Shown in pieces: positions 21,401 to 35,370 of a stretch of 64,000 nucleotides of DNA. The DNA comes from Squalus acanthias. Its lineage: Eukaryota. The stretch's first letter is position 1. The number at the start of each line of letters is the position of its first letter. A program made the translations under genes and the position numbers. Under the pieces are notes generated by a model that had not been told where the DNA came from, ran no database searches, and saw only the letters and a list, made by a program, of their open reading frames with translations. Location of the stretch: NCBI GenBank assembly GCA_030390025.1, contig JASTWF010000367.1:310001-374000 (forward strand), given 5' to 3'.

Positions 21401-21702
21401 TCGAAACTACACTAGCATTACTAGTGGTGACCCTACAATAACATTACTGGTGGTGACTCTACTCTATCATTAATGGTGGTGACCCTAGACTAACATTAAT
21501 GCGGGATGACCCTAATCTAATATTATTCTGGTGACCCTACTCTAACATTACTAGTGGAAACCCTACTCTATCATTACTGGTGGTAACCCTACATTATCAT
21601 TACTGGTGGTAACCGTACTTTATCATTACAGGTGGTGACCCTACTCTAACATTACAGGTGGTGACCCTACTCTAACATTACAGGTGGTGACCCTATACTA
21701 AC
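18431..21702. repeat. 26-bp minisatellite array, right part
   Basis: Same unit as 3700-5862; resumes in register after the TSD. Confidence 0.95.
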
Positions 21703-24700
21703 TGTCATGAATCTTGTCATTCATGTATGAAGTAATACTTTGCGGCCAGCTGATGGCGCTGTCCAGGGAGAGTATAAATACTCGGTCATGGGCCCAGCTT
21801 GCTAAGGACATTCCTCAACAGGAACTAGTAAAGGACACAACTAGATCTCCATGTTGAAAAACAGTTGATTACTGATTTGTTTAACGCTTAGACCAAGTGC
21901 CTAGTAATTTTCGTACATCAATTTAATCAACTGAAACCTGCTCCACGCTCTGAGTAGTTTTGGGAACAGACAGCTAGGACTCAAACTGTAGAAGGGATTC
22001 AGAGATAGTAATCAATCCATCATGGAGAAACTACTCCGACCTGCTCGTCTTGACCTGAGCCCGAATTCACCTACAACTGCTAAGGTATGGAAACACTGGT
22101 ATTGTACCTTCAGCAACTACCTCAGGGCATGTGGTGAGAATGTTCCTGATAAGTTAGAGATACTTGCCAGTTATGTATCCCCTTATGTGTTTGACTATAT
22201 CGAAGAGTGTGTAAACTATGACTCCGCTATCCGAATACTACAGCAACTATATGTTAAGGCCCCAAACTAAATTTTTGCTCCCAACCTACTGGCCACAACT
22301 CGACAACAACCCGGGGTATCACTTGACGAATTCCTTCAAAAGCATCGCTGGCTCAGCAATGATTGTAATCTCAATGCTGTCTCAGCTGAGCAGTACCAGG
22401 AGGAGTTAATTAGTGATGCTTTTATTAATGGAATTGCGTCTCCCTTCATAAGCCAGCGTCTGCTGGAGAATAAAACCCTCGATATTCTCAATACTTGGCA
22501 AAAAAAAATGCAGATGCCTTTCTTTTACCACATGCACGGGCTGCTGCTATCACTTTTAGTGACACCTCCGATAAGCCTCAGGCGGACGCCCTCACTGATG
22601 ACGACTCTATTCTAGCTGATGACGACCCTACCCTAGCGGCATATTAGCAATCTATAAGTAAGTGTTTCTTCTGTGGAGGTGCATTTCATTATAGCAAATT
22701 TTGTCCTGCTCGTAATGCAATCTGCAATCATTGCAGTAAGAAAGGCCACTTCTCCAAAGTATGTCAGTCAAGAGGCACGACTAATGTTACAGCTGTCATC
22801 TATAAAGATTCTCCTCCCCCAAGAGCCACTACTAATGTTACAGCTGTCAAGGATAAAACTGCCCCTCCTCCCATCACAGCTGTTTTCCCCAAAGCCTGTC
22901 CCATGCAGCCCCAAAAGGTTTTGGTAAATGGACACATTTTGAGTGCATTATTCGACTCATGCAGCTCTGACAGCTTCATCAGTGAGCAGGCTGTCAGTAA
23001 GTTAAAACTGCGTATTTACGCCTCGGACAGGGAAATTGGAATGGCACTGACGACACTGACCACTAACTCTGCCGGCTTTTGTCTTGTCGACCTTATTCTT
23101 AATGGCCGCACTTATTTCTCTACCCGGCTCGGGGTGCTCAAAAACCTATGCAGTGATGTGCTCCTGGGACAGGATTACCAGAAACGACACGAAAGACTCA
23201 CTTTCGAGTTTGGAGGATCAAAGCCGGAGCTTACTTTTTCCAAAGTACCGTTTTGTGCACTTTCGGCGGCTTCACTCGACGAGCCCTCCTTGTTTGCCAA
23301 TCTTTCCCACCGATGTAAGCACATAGCCACTAAATCACGACATTTCAGCCAAGATGACCTTTCCTTTATCGAGGCAGAGATCTCTCGCCTTCTAGCTGAC
23401 GGTATCATTGAGCCATGTTCATCTTCCTGGCGGGCTCAATGAATCTTATAAAATTCTAACAGGACTAGACAGACTAGATGCAGGAAGGATGTTCCCGATG
23501 GTCGGGGAGTCCTTAACCATGGGTCACTGTCTAAAGATAAGGGGTAAGCCATTTAGGACAGAGATGAGGAGGAATTTCTTCACCCAGAGAGTGGTGAACC
23601 TGTGGAATTCTCTACCACATAAGGCAGTGGAGGCCAATTCATTAAATATATTCAAGAAGGAGTTAGATGTATTTCTTAAGGCTAAAGGGATCAAGTGATA
23701 TGGGGAAAAGGCAGGGAAAGGGTACAGAATTAGGATGATCAGCCATGATCTCATTGAATGGCGGAGCAGGCTCGAGGGGCCGAAAGGCCTACTCCTGCTC
23801 CTATCTTCTATGTTTCTATGTTTCTATGTTTCTAAGGGCTCAAGCCGTCGTTGTTAAAAATTCTCTGAAGCAACACAAGAAACGTCTTTGCATCGACTAC
23901 TCGCAAACTATTAACCAGTATACCGACCTGGAAGCCTACCCACTACCACGCATCGATGACATGGTCAATAACCTTGCTAACTACAAGGTATTTTCAACTT
24001 TTGACTTACAGAGCGCATACCATCAAGTACCGGTAAAGGAATCTGAAGAAAGGTATTTGAGGCCAATGGTCTGCTTTACCAGTTTCGTCGCCTTCCATTC
24101 GGGGTCACCAATGGGGTGGCCGTCTTTCAACGGGCAATGGATAGCGTAGTCAAACAGGAGAACTTAACAGACACTTTTCCATATCTTGGTAATATCACCA
24201 TTGCTGCTCATGATCAGAAGGAGCATTATGCCAACCTCCAGAAATTTCTTGACGTTCTCCGTCGTCGCAACTTAACCTTAAATGAGTTCAAATCTGTGAA
24301 ATCAGTACCATCAGTCAACATCCTTGGCTACTGGGTGGGCAATGGTGTCATCAAACCGGATCCGGAGTGAATTCGTCCGCTTCAGGAGCTCCCTCCTCCT
24401 ACGAATCTCAGCTCTCTTCGTCGGGCCCTCGACATGTTCACCTATTATGCGAAGTGGATACCTCACTTTTCTGACAACATCCAGCCCCTGCTTCACGCAA
24501 AGTCATTTCCGTTGGATGCGAGGGCTAGTTCAGCTTTCGACCTCCTCAAGCAACAACTGGAAAAAGCCGCTCTTCATTCCATCGATGAAAATTTCCCTTT
24601 TGTGCTCGAATGCAATGCATCGGAGGTGGCGATCTCGGCTACCTTGAATCAAGGCGGTCGGCCCGTTGCCTTTCTGTCTAGAACTTTGCAGGGTAGCGAC

Positions 24701-26507
24701 CTCCATTACCCTCCTGTCGAGAAGGAGGCTATGGCTATCATTCAGGCACAATGAAAATGGAGTCATTTTCCCGCCCGTCGCCATTTCACGCTCAGAACCG
24801 ATCAGTGCTCGGTGGCCTTTATGCTGGATCACCGGAAATGCACTAAAATCAAGAATAACAAAATACAGCTCTGGAGGATGGAATTGGCCGCTTTTGGCTA
24901 CACCATACAATATCGACCCGGCAAGGAGAATGTGGCCCCGGATACCCTCATGCTTGCATTCTGCTCTTCCATATCAACTTCGACTCTTGCGGATCTTCAT
25001 ACTGACTTATGCCATCCAGGCGTTACCCGTATGTTGCACTTTGTGCGATCTAAAAATCTCAGATTTTCTACGGAAGACATGAAAAGAACCTGCTCCACTT
25101 GTAGAATTTGATCGGAATTAAAACCGCAATTCTTTCATCCGTCGGATGGCTCACTCATACACGCTACACAGCCTATGCAGCGACTCAGCATTGACTTTAA
25201 AGGGCCATTGCCTTCCTCAACGCGAAAGACCTACTGGCTTACTATGGTGGACGATTATTCATGCTTTCCCTTTGCTTTCCCCTGTCCCAATATGCTTACT
25301 TCCACAGTGATCAAATGCCTCGATCAGGTCTTTTCCCTTTGCGGTATGGCCAATTTCATCCACTCTGATCGGGGTCACTCCTTCATGTCAAGTGAACTCA
25401 AAAGTTATCTTTCCCAACGCGGAATCGCCACAAGTAAATGGACACCGTATCATCCGATTGGAAACGGACAGGTTGAGAGATACAATGCTATCATTTGGAA
25501 CACTGTTCGTCTTGCACTGAGGTCACGCAATCTACCAGACCAGCAGTGGGAAACTATGCTCCCTGACGCGTTGCATTCCATCAGGTCTCCTCTTTCTACA
25601 TCCACCAATGTTACTCCTCACGAACGATTCTTCGGGTTCCAGCGTCGCTCCACTCATGGGATGTCCCTACCATCATGGTTGGCAGCTCCTGGCTCCGTGC
25701 TGCTCCGAAAATTCGTCCGATCCTCCAAGAGTGATCGCCTCGTCGACCATGTGGAACGAACGGATGTCAATCCTACATACGCGTACGTGCAGGTAACCTG
25801 ATGGCCGGGAGTCCACAGTTTCACTTCGGGATCTGGCTCCCTGCCCAACCGGTCCCATGGACCCAATCGATAGAGAAATCCGTATTAACGACGCCGATAC
25901 TCCGCGCTCCTCCGAGGATGACGCCCTACCCAGGACATCAAGGGATCTATCAGCTACTTTGCTGGATCAACCCGGGGAACAGAGCGCTCCCTGCCGGATG
26001 GCCACCCGAAGCCAGGACACCGGTCAATCACCGGCTACTGAGCAGGATGAAGCCAGCTCTGCACCGGTGGGGACCCGCACCCGGAGCCACGATCTCCCCA
26101 GTCCACCTCAGGTCGATCAAGGCGACACGGACTCTGCCAGCCCGCCAGTAAGAAACAAGCGACCCAGGGACCAAAACACGGTCCGAGGAGACGTGCCTTC
26201 CGGCCTCCAACGGAAATCCAAACGACTGCGTCTAATCTTAGTCCGGCTAATTCGGTAGAAGGAAGCCGCCGGACTTCTAAACTATCAGGCGGGAAGAATG
26301 ACATGAATCTTGTATGAAGTAATACTGGGTGGCCTGCTGGTGGCGCTGTCCAGGGAGAGTATAAATACTAGTGCATGAGGCCAACTTGCTTAGGACATGC
26401 CTCAACAGGAACTAGAAAAGGACACAACTCGATCTCCATGTTGAAAACCAGTTGATTAAAGCTCTGTTTAACACTTAGACCAAGTGCCAAGTAATTTTCT
26501 TACATCA
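21703..26507 (+). mobile_element. Decayed Ty3/Gypsy LTR retrotransposon
   Basis: About 210-bp diverged LTRs at 21703-21920 and 26299-26507 (both with TATAAATA); PPT AGGCGGGAAGAA at 26287-26298. Fragmented gag (from 22022, CCHC remnant), protease (LFDSCSS), RT (RLCIDY, YPLPRID), RNase H and integrase (SIDFKGP, HSDRG, GQVERYN) with many stops and frameshifts. Confidence 0.92.
23440..23835 (+). mobile_element. 5'-truncated CR1-type LINE 3' end inserted in Gypsy pol
   Basis: CR1 ORF2 C-terminus (FFTQRVVNLWNSLP); (TTTCTATG)n tail; 8-bp TSD GGGCTCAA at 23432-23439 and 23836-23843; the Gypsy RT reads through once the insert is removed. Confidence 0.92.
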
Positions 26508-28269
26508 ATAAGTATATTAAGAGCAAGAGGATAACCAGGGAAAGAGTAGGGCCCATTAGGGACCAAAGTGGCAATCTGTGTGTAGAGCCGGAATATGTAG
26601 GTGAGCTTTTAAATAAATATTTTGCATCTGTGTTCACTATGGAGAAGGACGATGTAGGCATAGAAATCAGGCAGTGGGATTGTGATATACTTGAACAAAT
26701 TAGTATTGAGAGGGAGGAGGTACTAGCGGTTTTAGCGGGCTTAAAAGTGGATAAATCCCCAGGCCCTGACGGGATGTATCCCAGGCTGCTTTATGAGGCA
26801 AGGGAAGAGATTGCAGGGGCTCTGACACAAATTTTCAGAACCTCTCTGGCCACAGGGGAGGTGCCAGAGGACTGGTGAACAGCTAACGTCGTACAATTGT
26901 TCAAGAAGTGTAGTAGGGATAAACCAGTGAATGACTAGTCAGTGACCCTAACATCAGTGGTAGGGAAATTATTGGAAGCAATTCTGAGGGACAGAATTAG
27001 TCTCCACTTGGAGAGGTAGGGATTAATCAGCGATAGTCAGCATGGCTTTGCCAGGGGGAGATCATGTCTGATCAATTTGATTGGATTTTTCGAGTCGGTG
27101 ACTAGGTGTGTGGATTAGGGTAGTGCAGTTGATGTAGTCTACATTGAATTCAGTAAGGCATTTAAAAAAGTCCCACATGGGAGACTGGTCAAGAAGGTAA
27201 GAGTCCATGGGATTCAGGGCAATTTGGCATGTTGGTTCCACAATTGACTTACTGGCAGGAGGCTGAGGGTGATGATCGAAGGTTGTTTTTGTGACTGGAA
27301 GCCTGTGTCCAGTGGTGTACAGCAGGGATCGGCGCTGGGTACATTGCTGTTTGTAGTGTACATTAATGATTTAGATATGAATGTAGGAGGTATGATCAGT
27401 AAGTTCGCAGATGACACAAAAATTGGTGGATTGTTAAATAGCGAGGAGGGAAGCCTCAGGCAACAGGACGATATAGACGGTATGGTTAGATGGGCAGAAC
27501 AGTTGCAATTGGAATTTAACCCTGAAAAGTGAAAGGTGATGCATTTTGGGAGTACAAACAAGGCAAGGGAATACACAATGAATGGTAGGATCCTAGGAAG
27601 TACAGAGGATCAGTGGGACCTTGGTGTGCATGTATATAGATCCCTGAAGGCAGCAGGACAGGTCGACAAGCTGGTTAAAAAGGCATATGGGATACTTGCC
27701 TTCATTAGCCGAGGCATAAAATATAAGAAAAGGGAGGTTATGATGGAGCTGTACAAAATGCTAGTTAGGTCACGGCTGGAATACTGTGTGCAGTTCTGTT
27801 CACCACACTATATGACGGATGTGATTGCATTGGAGAGGGTGCAGAAGAGTTTCACAAGGATGTTACCTGGGCAGGAGCGCTTCAGCTATGAAGAGAGACT
27901 GAACAGGCTGGGATTGTTTTCCTTGGAGAAAAGAAGGCTGAGGGGGGACCTGATTGAGGTGTACAAAATTATGAGGGGCATAGATAGGGTAGATAGAAAG
28001 GAACTTGTCCCCTTAGTAGAGCGGTCAATAACCAGGGGGCATAGTTTCAAGATAAGGAGCAGGAGGTTTAGAGGGGATTTGAGGAAAAACCTTTTCACCC
28101 AGAGGGTGGTTGGAATCTGGAACTCACTGCCTGAAAGGGTGGTAGAGGCAGGAACCCTCACAACATTCAAGAAGTATTTAGATGAGCACTTGAAACGCCA
28201 TAGCATACAAGGCTATGGACCAAGTGCTGGAAAATGGGATTAGAATATACAGGGCTTGATGGCCAGCGC
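26508..28269 (+). mobile_element. 5'-truncated CR1-type LINE (ORF2 RT fragments)
   Basis: KSPGPDG, GVQQGSALG, KFADDTK, RGDLIEVYKI and FTQRVVGIWNSLP motifs with stops. Confidence 0.92.
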
Positions 28270-29470
28270 TTTGAAGGAGCACGGTCACTACTAGTGTAAA
28301 TGTAGGAGTATCACTAGTATCGGAGGAGCACTGTTATTTCCAGTGTAATTATAGGGGTACCACTAATACAAGAGCATCATGGTCACACCTAGTTTAAGTG
28401 TAGCGGTACTACTTGTACCGGAGGAGCACGGTCACCGCTAGTGTTAGTGTAGGTTAGCACTAGTGCAGAATGAGCATGGTCAACACTAGTGTTAGTGTAG
28501 GTTACCACCAGTTTAGGAGGAGCACGGTTTACATTAGTGTAAGTGTAAGATACCACTAGTGTAGGTAGAACACGGTCAACACTAGTGTTAGTGTAGTGAT
28601 TCCACGAGCACCGGAGGAGGACGGTGACTGTAAGTGTAAGTGTAGGCATGCCACTAGTGAATGCTCCTCTGTAGTATAGGTGTATGTACAACAAGTACCA
28701 GAGGAGCAAGGTCACATAAAGTGCCAGCACAGCTTTTTGAGCAGCACGTGTACGTGTCGGGGACTACAAGTACGGGAGGAGCACGGTTAAATCTGGTCTT
28801 AGTGTAGGGGTAGCACTAGTACCGAAGGAGCACAGTCAAATTTAATGTAAATATAGGGATACCACTAGTACCGGAGGAGCACAGTCACATCTAGTGTAAG
28901 TGTAGGGTTACCACTGGTACTGGAGGACAATTTTCACCACTGGTGTAATTTTACTGATACCACTATTACCAGAGGAGCTTGCACAAATCTAGTGTAAGTG
29001 TAGGGGTAGCACTGGGACAGGAGGAGCACGATCACATCTAGTGTAAGTGTAGGGGTAGCACTGCGACAGGAGGGGCACGGTCACATCTAGTGTAAGTGTA
29101 GCGATAACACTGGGACAGGAGGGGCACGGTCACATCTAGTGTAAGTGTAGGAGTAACACTGTGACATGAGGGGACACGGATCACATCTAGTGTAAGTGTA
29201 GGGTAACACTGGGTCAGGAGGGGCACGGTCACATCTAGTGTCAGTGTAGGGATAACACTGGGACAGGAGGAGCACATGCTCATATAGTGTATGAGGGGGG
29301 TTTCCACTAGTACCGGAGGAGCTCTGTCAATAGTAGTGTTTGTGTAGTGCTACCACTATTAACATAGCAGCACGTTCAACTCCAGTGTAGGCATGGTACT
29401 AGTACCTGATGAGTACGGACGAATCTAGCGGAAGTGTACAGTGCCAGTAGCCCAGGAGGAGAACTGTCAC
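28270..29470. repeat. 49-bp minisatellite (CTAGTGTAAGTGTAGGGGTAGCACTGGGACAGGAGGAGCACGGTCACAT)n
   Basis: Tandem units clearest at 28989-29280, degenerate at both edges. Confidence 0.9.
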
Positions 29471-29824
29471 CTCGAATGCTGCCGGACTGGGTTCATCACC
29501 AATAATGCACGATGTGATTCTGGAGGAGTTGGTGCACTAGGAATGAATCAAAGGCAGGGTCATGACAATTATTGCCTGGGAAGCTTCCTTCAACAGGCCT
29601 GTAGGAATAGGGTCAGAAATAGTCCTTGGAGAATGCACTTCATACATGTAGACAATGTTTTAAATCTGCATTTTTTTGGTAATTGTCCAACAACAATTTC
29701 ACATATTTCACTTAAGCTGACGTATCAGATAAAAAAACAACTTACCTGCGTCTATTTGTTAAATGACTGTAACTAATGCTAATTATGATTTAACCTGATT
29801 GACTCGCTGGAGGATTGATGTGTG

Positions 29825-29832
29825 TATAAATA
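29825..29832 (+). promoter_or_regulatory. Putative TATA box of GPCR paralog 2
   Basis: TATAAATA 87 bp upstream of the ATG; TATA-like motifs sit at a similar distance in paralog 1 (3382-3377) and paralog 3 (about 46700). Confidence 0.55.
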
Positions 29833-29911
29833 TAGGTTCCCTTCCATTGCCCCAGCCGTGCGCCAGTCAGAGTCTTTCAGCTCCTACAGAATTCATCCAT
29901 TCTCACAGAAA

Positions 29912-31274
29912 ATGGGGCGAACAACTATTTTGCTGATCACAGAGATTTACTACCCGATGCTCGCGGCCGTCGGTGTCCCCGGTGAGCCATTGTAGCCTGT
30001 TTGTTTTTAATCGGTGTTAATTGTATTCGTGTACATACAGCCTGTTTGATAAGGTAACGAGTCTTCCAGATTTCAGCAGTATACAAATCCGATAACCTTA
30101 CTGATGTTGCAATGTTCTTTGAAGCTCCAACAGAAGGATTTCAGCGGATTACCGGACCGTCTTGTCCCCCCGTGCAGAGTGAGCGCTGCAGCAGCTCATT
30201 AAAATGTGTGGGTCGTTTTCTCACGCAATGGTTCCAAAACTAATCCTGTTCTCACACTGCTCCCTATTGATAATCACACTGAATGGATTAAAATGCTCTC
30301 CACAGGGATACCCATATATATTTCAATCAGACACTGGGACATTATTTCTCTCCTCTCTCTTTCTTACAGCGAACTTGGTGACAATTGTGATTCTCTCCCG
30401 AGGAAACTGCGGCCTTTCCAAGTGTATCTCTGTCTACATGGTGGCCATGGCAACAGCAGATCTACTGGTCATGACCGTCAATGTAATAGTGTGTCATATT
30501 TTCAATTATCGCTTTCCACTTTCATTCCTATCCCAGACTCCCGTGTGCAAGTGCATTCTATATATGGCGGCTGTCAACCTCGATTTGTCTGTTTGGTTCA
30601 CCGTCTCCTTCACATTTGATCGATTTGTAGTTATCTGCTGCCAGAAGTTTAAAGCAAAGTATTGCACCGAGAGAACTGCGGCCGCGGTTATAACACCGTT
30701 CACGGTCCTAATCCTTTTAAGGGGCATCCCCATTTTGTTTGCAATTGAACCACAGCAAATAATTAACAAGGTGCAGTGGGGCTGCCGGAACAGTGCTGCT
30801 TTTGGTTCCTCTCCTCCAGGTGTAGCTTACATCTGGTTTCACAGCGCCTGGGGCGTTTGGCTTCCTTTTACTTTAATTGCCTTGTTAAATTATTTGACGG
30901 TCAGACGTATTTTAGTGGCCAGCAGAGCCCGCAAGGGTCTCCGGGGTCACAGAAGTGAAAATCATAGCGATCCAGAGATGGAGAACCGAAGGAAATCCAT
31001 CATTTTACTTTTTACTATATCGGGCAGTTTTATACTGTTGTGGCTGACAACTGCCGTGAGTTTTGTAACTACCAGACTGGCAAACACCACCTATTATCGG
31101 GGTGACCGTACAGACCCTGGATATATCGCCACTCAAACCGGAACAATGTTGAAGTTTTTGAGTTGCTTTCAAAACCCGTGTATTTATGTAGCGACCCAAA
31201 GGAAATTCAGAGAAGAGCTGAAGAAGGTGGCAAAATGCCCCTGGGCACTCATTCTGAGATTAGTTAGAAAATGA
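29912..31274 (+). CDS. GPR139/GPR142-like class A GPCR, paralog 2 (intact, 324 aa; exons 29912-29981 and 30370-31274)
   Basis: Exon 1 MGRTTILLITEIYYPMLAAVGVP with GTGAGC donor; ttcttacAG acceptor; 7TM with FDRF and NPCIY; spliced frame open to the TGA. Confidence 0.9.
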
Positions 31275-32289
31275 GTATAAAATTAATCAATCAAACGAAG
31301 GCTTCCTCGTAACTAAATCCCCATTTCAACTCCTTTTTCACAATAGAACGTCCTTCTTTCCGGTAATGTGATAATGGGAGAGAACTTATGTAAACATTTC
31401 TTCCATTTTGCAGCATGCGTTTGATGTCTGCAATGCTTAATTGTTCAAGCTTCTTTCGTTGAGTAAACATATCCTATTCCTGCAAATTAAGCACATTTCA
31501 ACTTCAGGGATCAAAGATAACAATGATGAGATTCAGCAGTGGAGTCGAACATGTGAGCAACAGAGGAATCCACCTCACACTGCAGATACTGGGATCGGGC
31601 GCGGCCACTTTAAAATCATCAATAAAGATTCATTCGGAGCCGAAACAATCAAAGGTCTTGCGATCGCCGATATTGGTAACTTTCCTGGAATTTTGGTGTG
31701 AATATTGCATGCGCGGGTCTCTCTATCGGACTCCATTCCTCATTGACAAATAGAGAGGGCTCATGTCAAGTGATCAGTGTTCGAATGAAGGAAACAGGCG
31801 GAACTCGGCTCATCGATGTGACCTTTCACCTCTTTTGTCCCAGATACTGACTTAAAATCTCGATTGTGCACTGACTGGTGTCTCTCGCTCAGCACAAAGA
31901 TGGAGTCTGCTCTTGTTTTGTGCTGTCGATAAAAATATCATGAGTAATATTGTTGATATTCTATCTCAATCAGTCTCCCAAACAAAGGTGTAAACGAATG
32001 TAAAATGAATGACTTTACATGAAGTTATTAATTATTAAAATTGTTGCAAGTGATCTGTTAAAAAAACTGCCAGAAATTCAGCTAAAATACAACTAATATT
32101 AAGTCTTCTGTGTTTCGATGAACATTTGCAGACGGTCAGAAAGGATCTTTGGTCATTACCGTCTTATTATGCGGTTACACAGTGTTCCAAATAATAATTG
32201 AAAAATACCAGCAACTTTGAATCAGTTAGAAATCATTCACCGGTGATCTCGCCTGATTGTGAGAGAAACGCCAAGGAATGGGAGCAGGC

Positions 32290-33600
32290 TCTCAATGGGA
32301 AGGAGCTGAAGGGTGTGGTGGACAGCGAGATATAGGGATCCAAATATTCAATTCCTAGAAAGTTAATTTTGCAAACCAACAGTAATTACAGTTTTATTGA
32401 CAGGGACATTAATCACAAGAATAAACAAGTGATGATGAATCTTTAGAAAATACTGGTGAGGCCACCGTTGGAACACCAGGTACAGCTTCGCTCACTCATT
32501 GTGGAAAGACCATTAAATCCACCGAGAGCGGGCAGTGTAGATACACCAGGATGGTGCCATGGATCAGAACTATACTGGTGATGAGGGTCAAGATATTGGG
32601 ACTACTTACACTGGAGCAGCGAAAGATATCAGGAGATTTAATAGAGGTTTTAAAAAATATCAACAGTTTCGTTAGAGTGAAGAGGGAGAGATTATTCCAT
32701 CTCGTTGGGTAGCGAGCAATAAAGGCTGATCGATTTAAAATGGTCACAAAGGGAATGAGCAGAGAGATTATCAGAAACTTCTTTATGCAAAGGGCTCCTG
32801 GAGCACGGAATGTTTGGCCTCAGATAATAGTTAAGGGAAAGTTAGGTGAATATTTTAAAAAGAGAAAATCATGTTCTGTGGAGAGGACAGTGCGGATAGT
32901 TTTAGATTGCTGTCTCAAAGAACCCAGTACAGATAGAATGGGTCAAATTACATACTCCCGCCCAGTACATTTCTGTGGTTTTATAGTATTGCATATGCTG
33001 GTATAATTTTAATTGTTTTTGTGTCTAAGATACCATCAGCCCCATTGAGCTTCTATTGAACAAAAGATTATAAATAAACTGAGACCAAGGAAGATCCCAG
33101 AGGTTCAATAGTCACCCGTCCCTTACTGATTTCCATTTGTCGATAAGCTACTTTCATTTTGTAATGAGCTGTCTGTACAGAGCCAGATCTCCTACCCATC
33201 CCATAATTCCTCACCGTTTGTAGATGTGGAATCTTGTCCGCTGCTTTGTTAAAATCAGACTGGGTCATTCCAACTGCATTTCCCCTGTCCTACAGGCCAG
33301 TGATGTGTTTCAGAAACTCCAGCAGGTTAGGTAAAGATGACACATCGTCCCTCAACCAATATAATTCCCTTTTACATTACTGGCCTCCCAGGAGCTCGCT
33401 CACTAGGTCTCTCCTGGCCTTATTTTTAACACTGGGATTACTTCAGCCACTGTCGGAACCTCAGGATCCTTCTCTAATTGAGGAAACTTGCAGCAGTGTC
33501 AGTAAACCGTCACTCCTGTCAGTCCCCATTTCTTTATATCGCGTGTCTGTGTCCCTGGATTCCAAATTCCTATGTTATTTGTTTGAACACCGTAACTATA
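32290..33600. mobile_element. Old CR1-type LINE remnants (plus-strand piece to about 32980, minus-strand piece after)
   Basis: Degenerate ORF2-like stretches (actggtgaggccaccgttggaa, ggagatttaatagaggttttaaaaa, aacttctttatgcaaagg). Confidence 0.55.
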
Positions 33601-34192
33601 TGTAAATAACGCATTGATCGCTGTCTCTCATACACGCCTTTAATGATTCACATGCGATCTACATTATTTATTTTATTTACCAAGCTGCCTTTGCTGGTCC
33701 TTACGATCTACCTGCTAGATTCGTTGAATTTTTTTTTTTAATTCTTAATCCTTAATATTGCTCCCGACATAATGACGTGGACCCACGATGCCTCCTATTC
33801 TTTTTTAAATAGATACATATATTTTAATTCCACACCCACTAGCTCCTTTTGAACTACATTTCCGCTTGTCTAATCTTCCGTCGGATCTCCTAGACCTGCA
33901 CCACTGCCGGAGTCTCTCACGCACACGGGTGGATTATTGGAAAATTATGGAACCGCTTCCTCAGCTTTGTTTCCATTGACATTATTGGCTGAATGTCACG
34001 GGCAACGCAAGCGGCATAGAATCATAGAATCAGAAAGTCCATAAGAAGGCCATGCGGCCTATCATGCCTCTCTCGGCTCTTTGAACTAGGTATCCAATTA
34101 CTCCAACTCCGCTGCTCTTTCCCCACAGCCCAGCAAATCTTGCTTTTTCAAGTAAATATCCAATTCCCTATTAAAGTTACTATTTTTATAAA

Positions 34193-34640
34193 GGTGTCAG
34201 CAGTGGCTCTGTGGTAGCTCTCTCGCCCCTGAATCAGATGGCAATGGGTTAAAGTCCCGCTCCAGAGACATGGACATAAAATCTATGCTGACACCTCAAT
34301 GCATTACTGAGTGTGTGCTGCACTGTCGGAGGTTCAGTCTTTCGGATGGAACGTCAAACCGAGGCCCCGACTGCACTGTCAGGAGTACATAAACGATCCC
34401 ACAGCACTATTTCAAAGAAGAGCAGGGGAGGTCTCCTCAGTGTCCTGGCCAATATTCATCGCTCAAACAACATCACTAAAACAGATTATCTGGTCATTTT
34501 CTCATTGCTATTTGTGGGAGCTTGCTGTGCTCAAATTGGCTGTCCCGCTTCCTACATTGCAACAGTGACTACACTTGAAAAAGTACTTAATTGACTGTAA
34601 AGCGCTTTGGGACGTCCGCAGGTCATGAAGGGAGCTCTAT
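34193..34640 (+). mobile_element. tRNA-derived Deu-type SINE
   Basis: tRNA-like head (TGGCTCTGTGGTAGC...GGGTTAAAGTCCC), conserved body and TGTAAAGCGCTTTGGGACGTCC tail; a second copy lies inverted at 56031-56491; nested in a CR1 3' remnant starting near 34015. Confidence 0.75.
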
Positions 34641-35282
34641 TCTGCTTCCGGTACCCTTTCAGGCAATGCATTCCAGATCATAACAGCTCGCTATGTAAAA
34701 AAAAACTCCTCATCTCCTCGCTTGATCATTTTCCAATTACCTTAAATTGTGGTCGTGATTACCAACGCTCCTGCCAATGGAAACAATGCTGCCTTATTTA
34801 GTCAAAACCCCTCATAATTTTGAACAAACACTCCTGAACTTTGCATGTTCCATGGAGAACTATCCCAGGCTCTAGCCATGTCGACAGTTTTCAGACCTTT
34901 CACCAACTGTGGACAAGGCCCCGCCCGAGACAACACATCCGTGTACTTCCAGTATCACCTGGATCTCTTTCTTGCTCAGTTTAGAATGATTAGAATAATA
35001 ATAAAAACTATTTATTTTTTATGTATTATCAATAATTTAATATTAAGCAAAATATATTTTAAGTATGTTAACCAATTCCTCTTTGAAACGGATCCAACTT
35101 CTTCCTTTAACCATTTTATCGATTCGCTTGTAATATCATTTCACTGATCGATATTTAAAAGCTGAGAACAAAACACAATTGATATTGTATTAATCCAAAG
35201 TGGGGCCGTCTCCATTTATTTTTTTTCGAATCTTCCCCCTTACTTTCTTATCATGGCCACGCTCACCTTTCTTTCTGTCGGA

Positions 35283-35370
35283 TCCCACACTCTGCCAAAT
35301 TCCAGTCCCACGGGTTCCCACAATCCGCCAAATTCCAGTCCCACGAGTTCACGCACACTGCCAGTTCCCG
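35283..35370. repeat. Short 33-bp tandem repeat (about 2.5 copies)
   Basis: GCCAAATTCCAGTCCCACG repeats with period 33. Confidence 0.7.

Noticed and set aside
3700..21702. 26-bp repeats as a CRISPR array
   Set aside because: Units are head-to-tail with no unique spacers, there are no cas genes, and the context is vertebrate.
30204..30369. N-terminal extension of the 356-aa GPCR ORF
   Set aside because: It is intron sequence read in frame; a conserved 70-nt exon 1 and an acceptor at 30369 explain the true N-terminus.
34193..34270. tRNA gene
   Set aside because: The tRNA-like head runs on into a SINE body that has a second dispersed copy.
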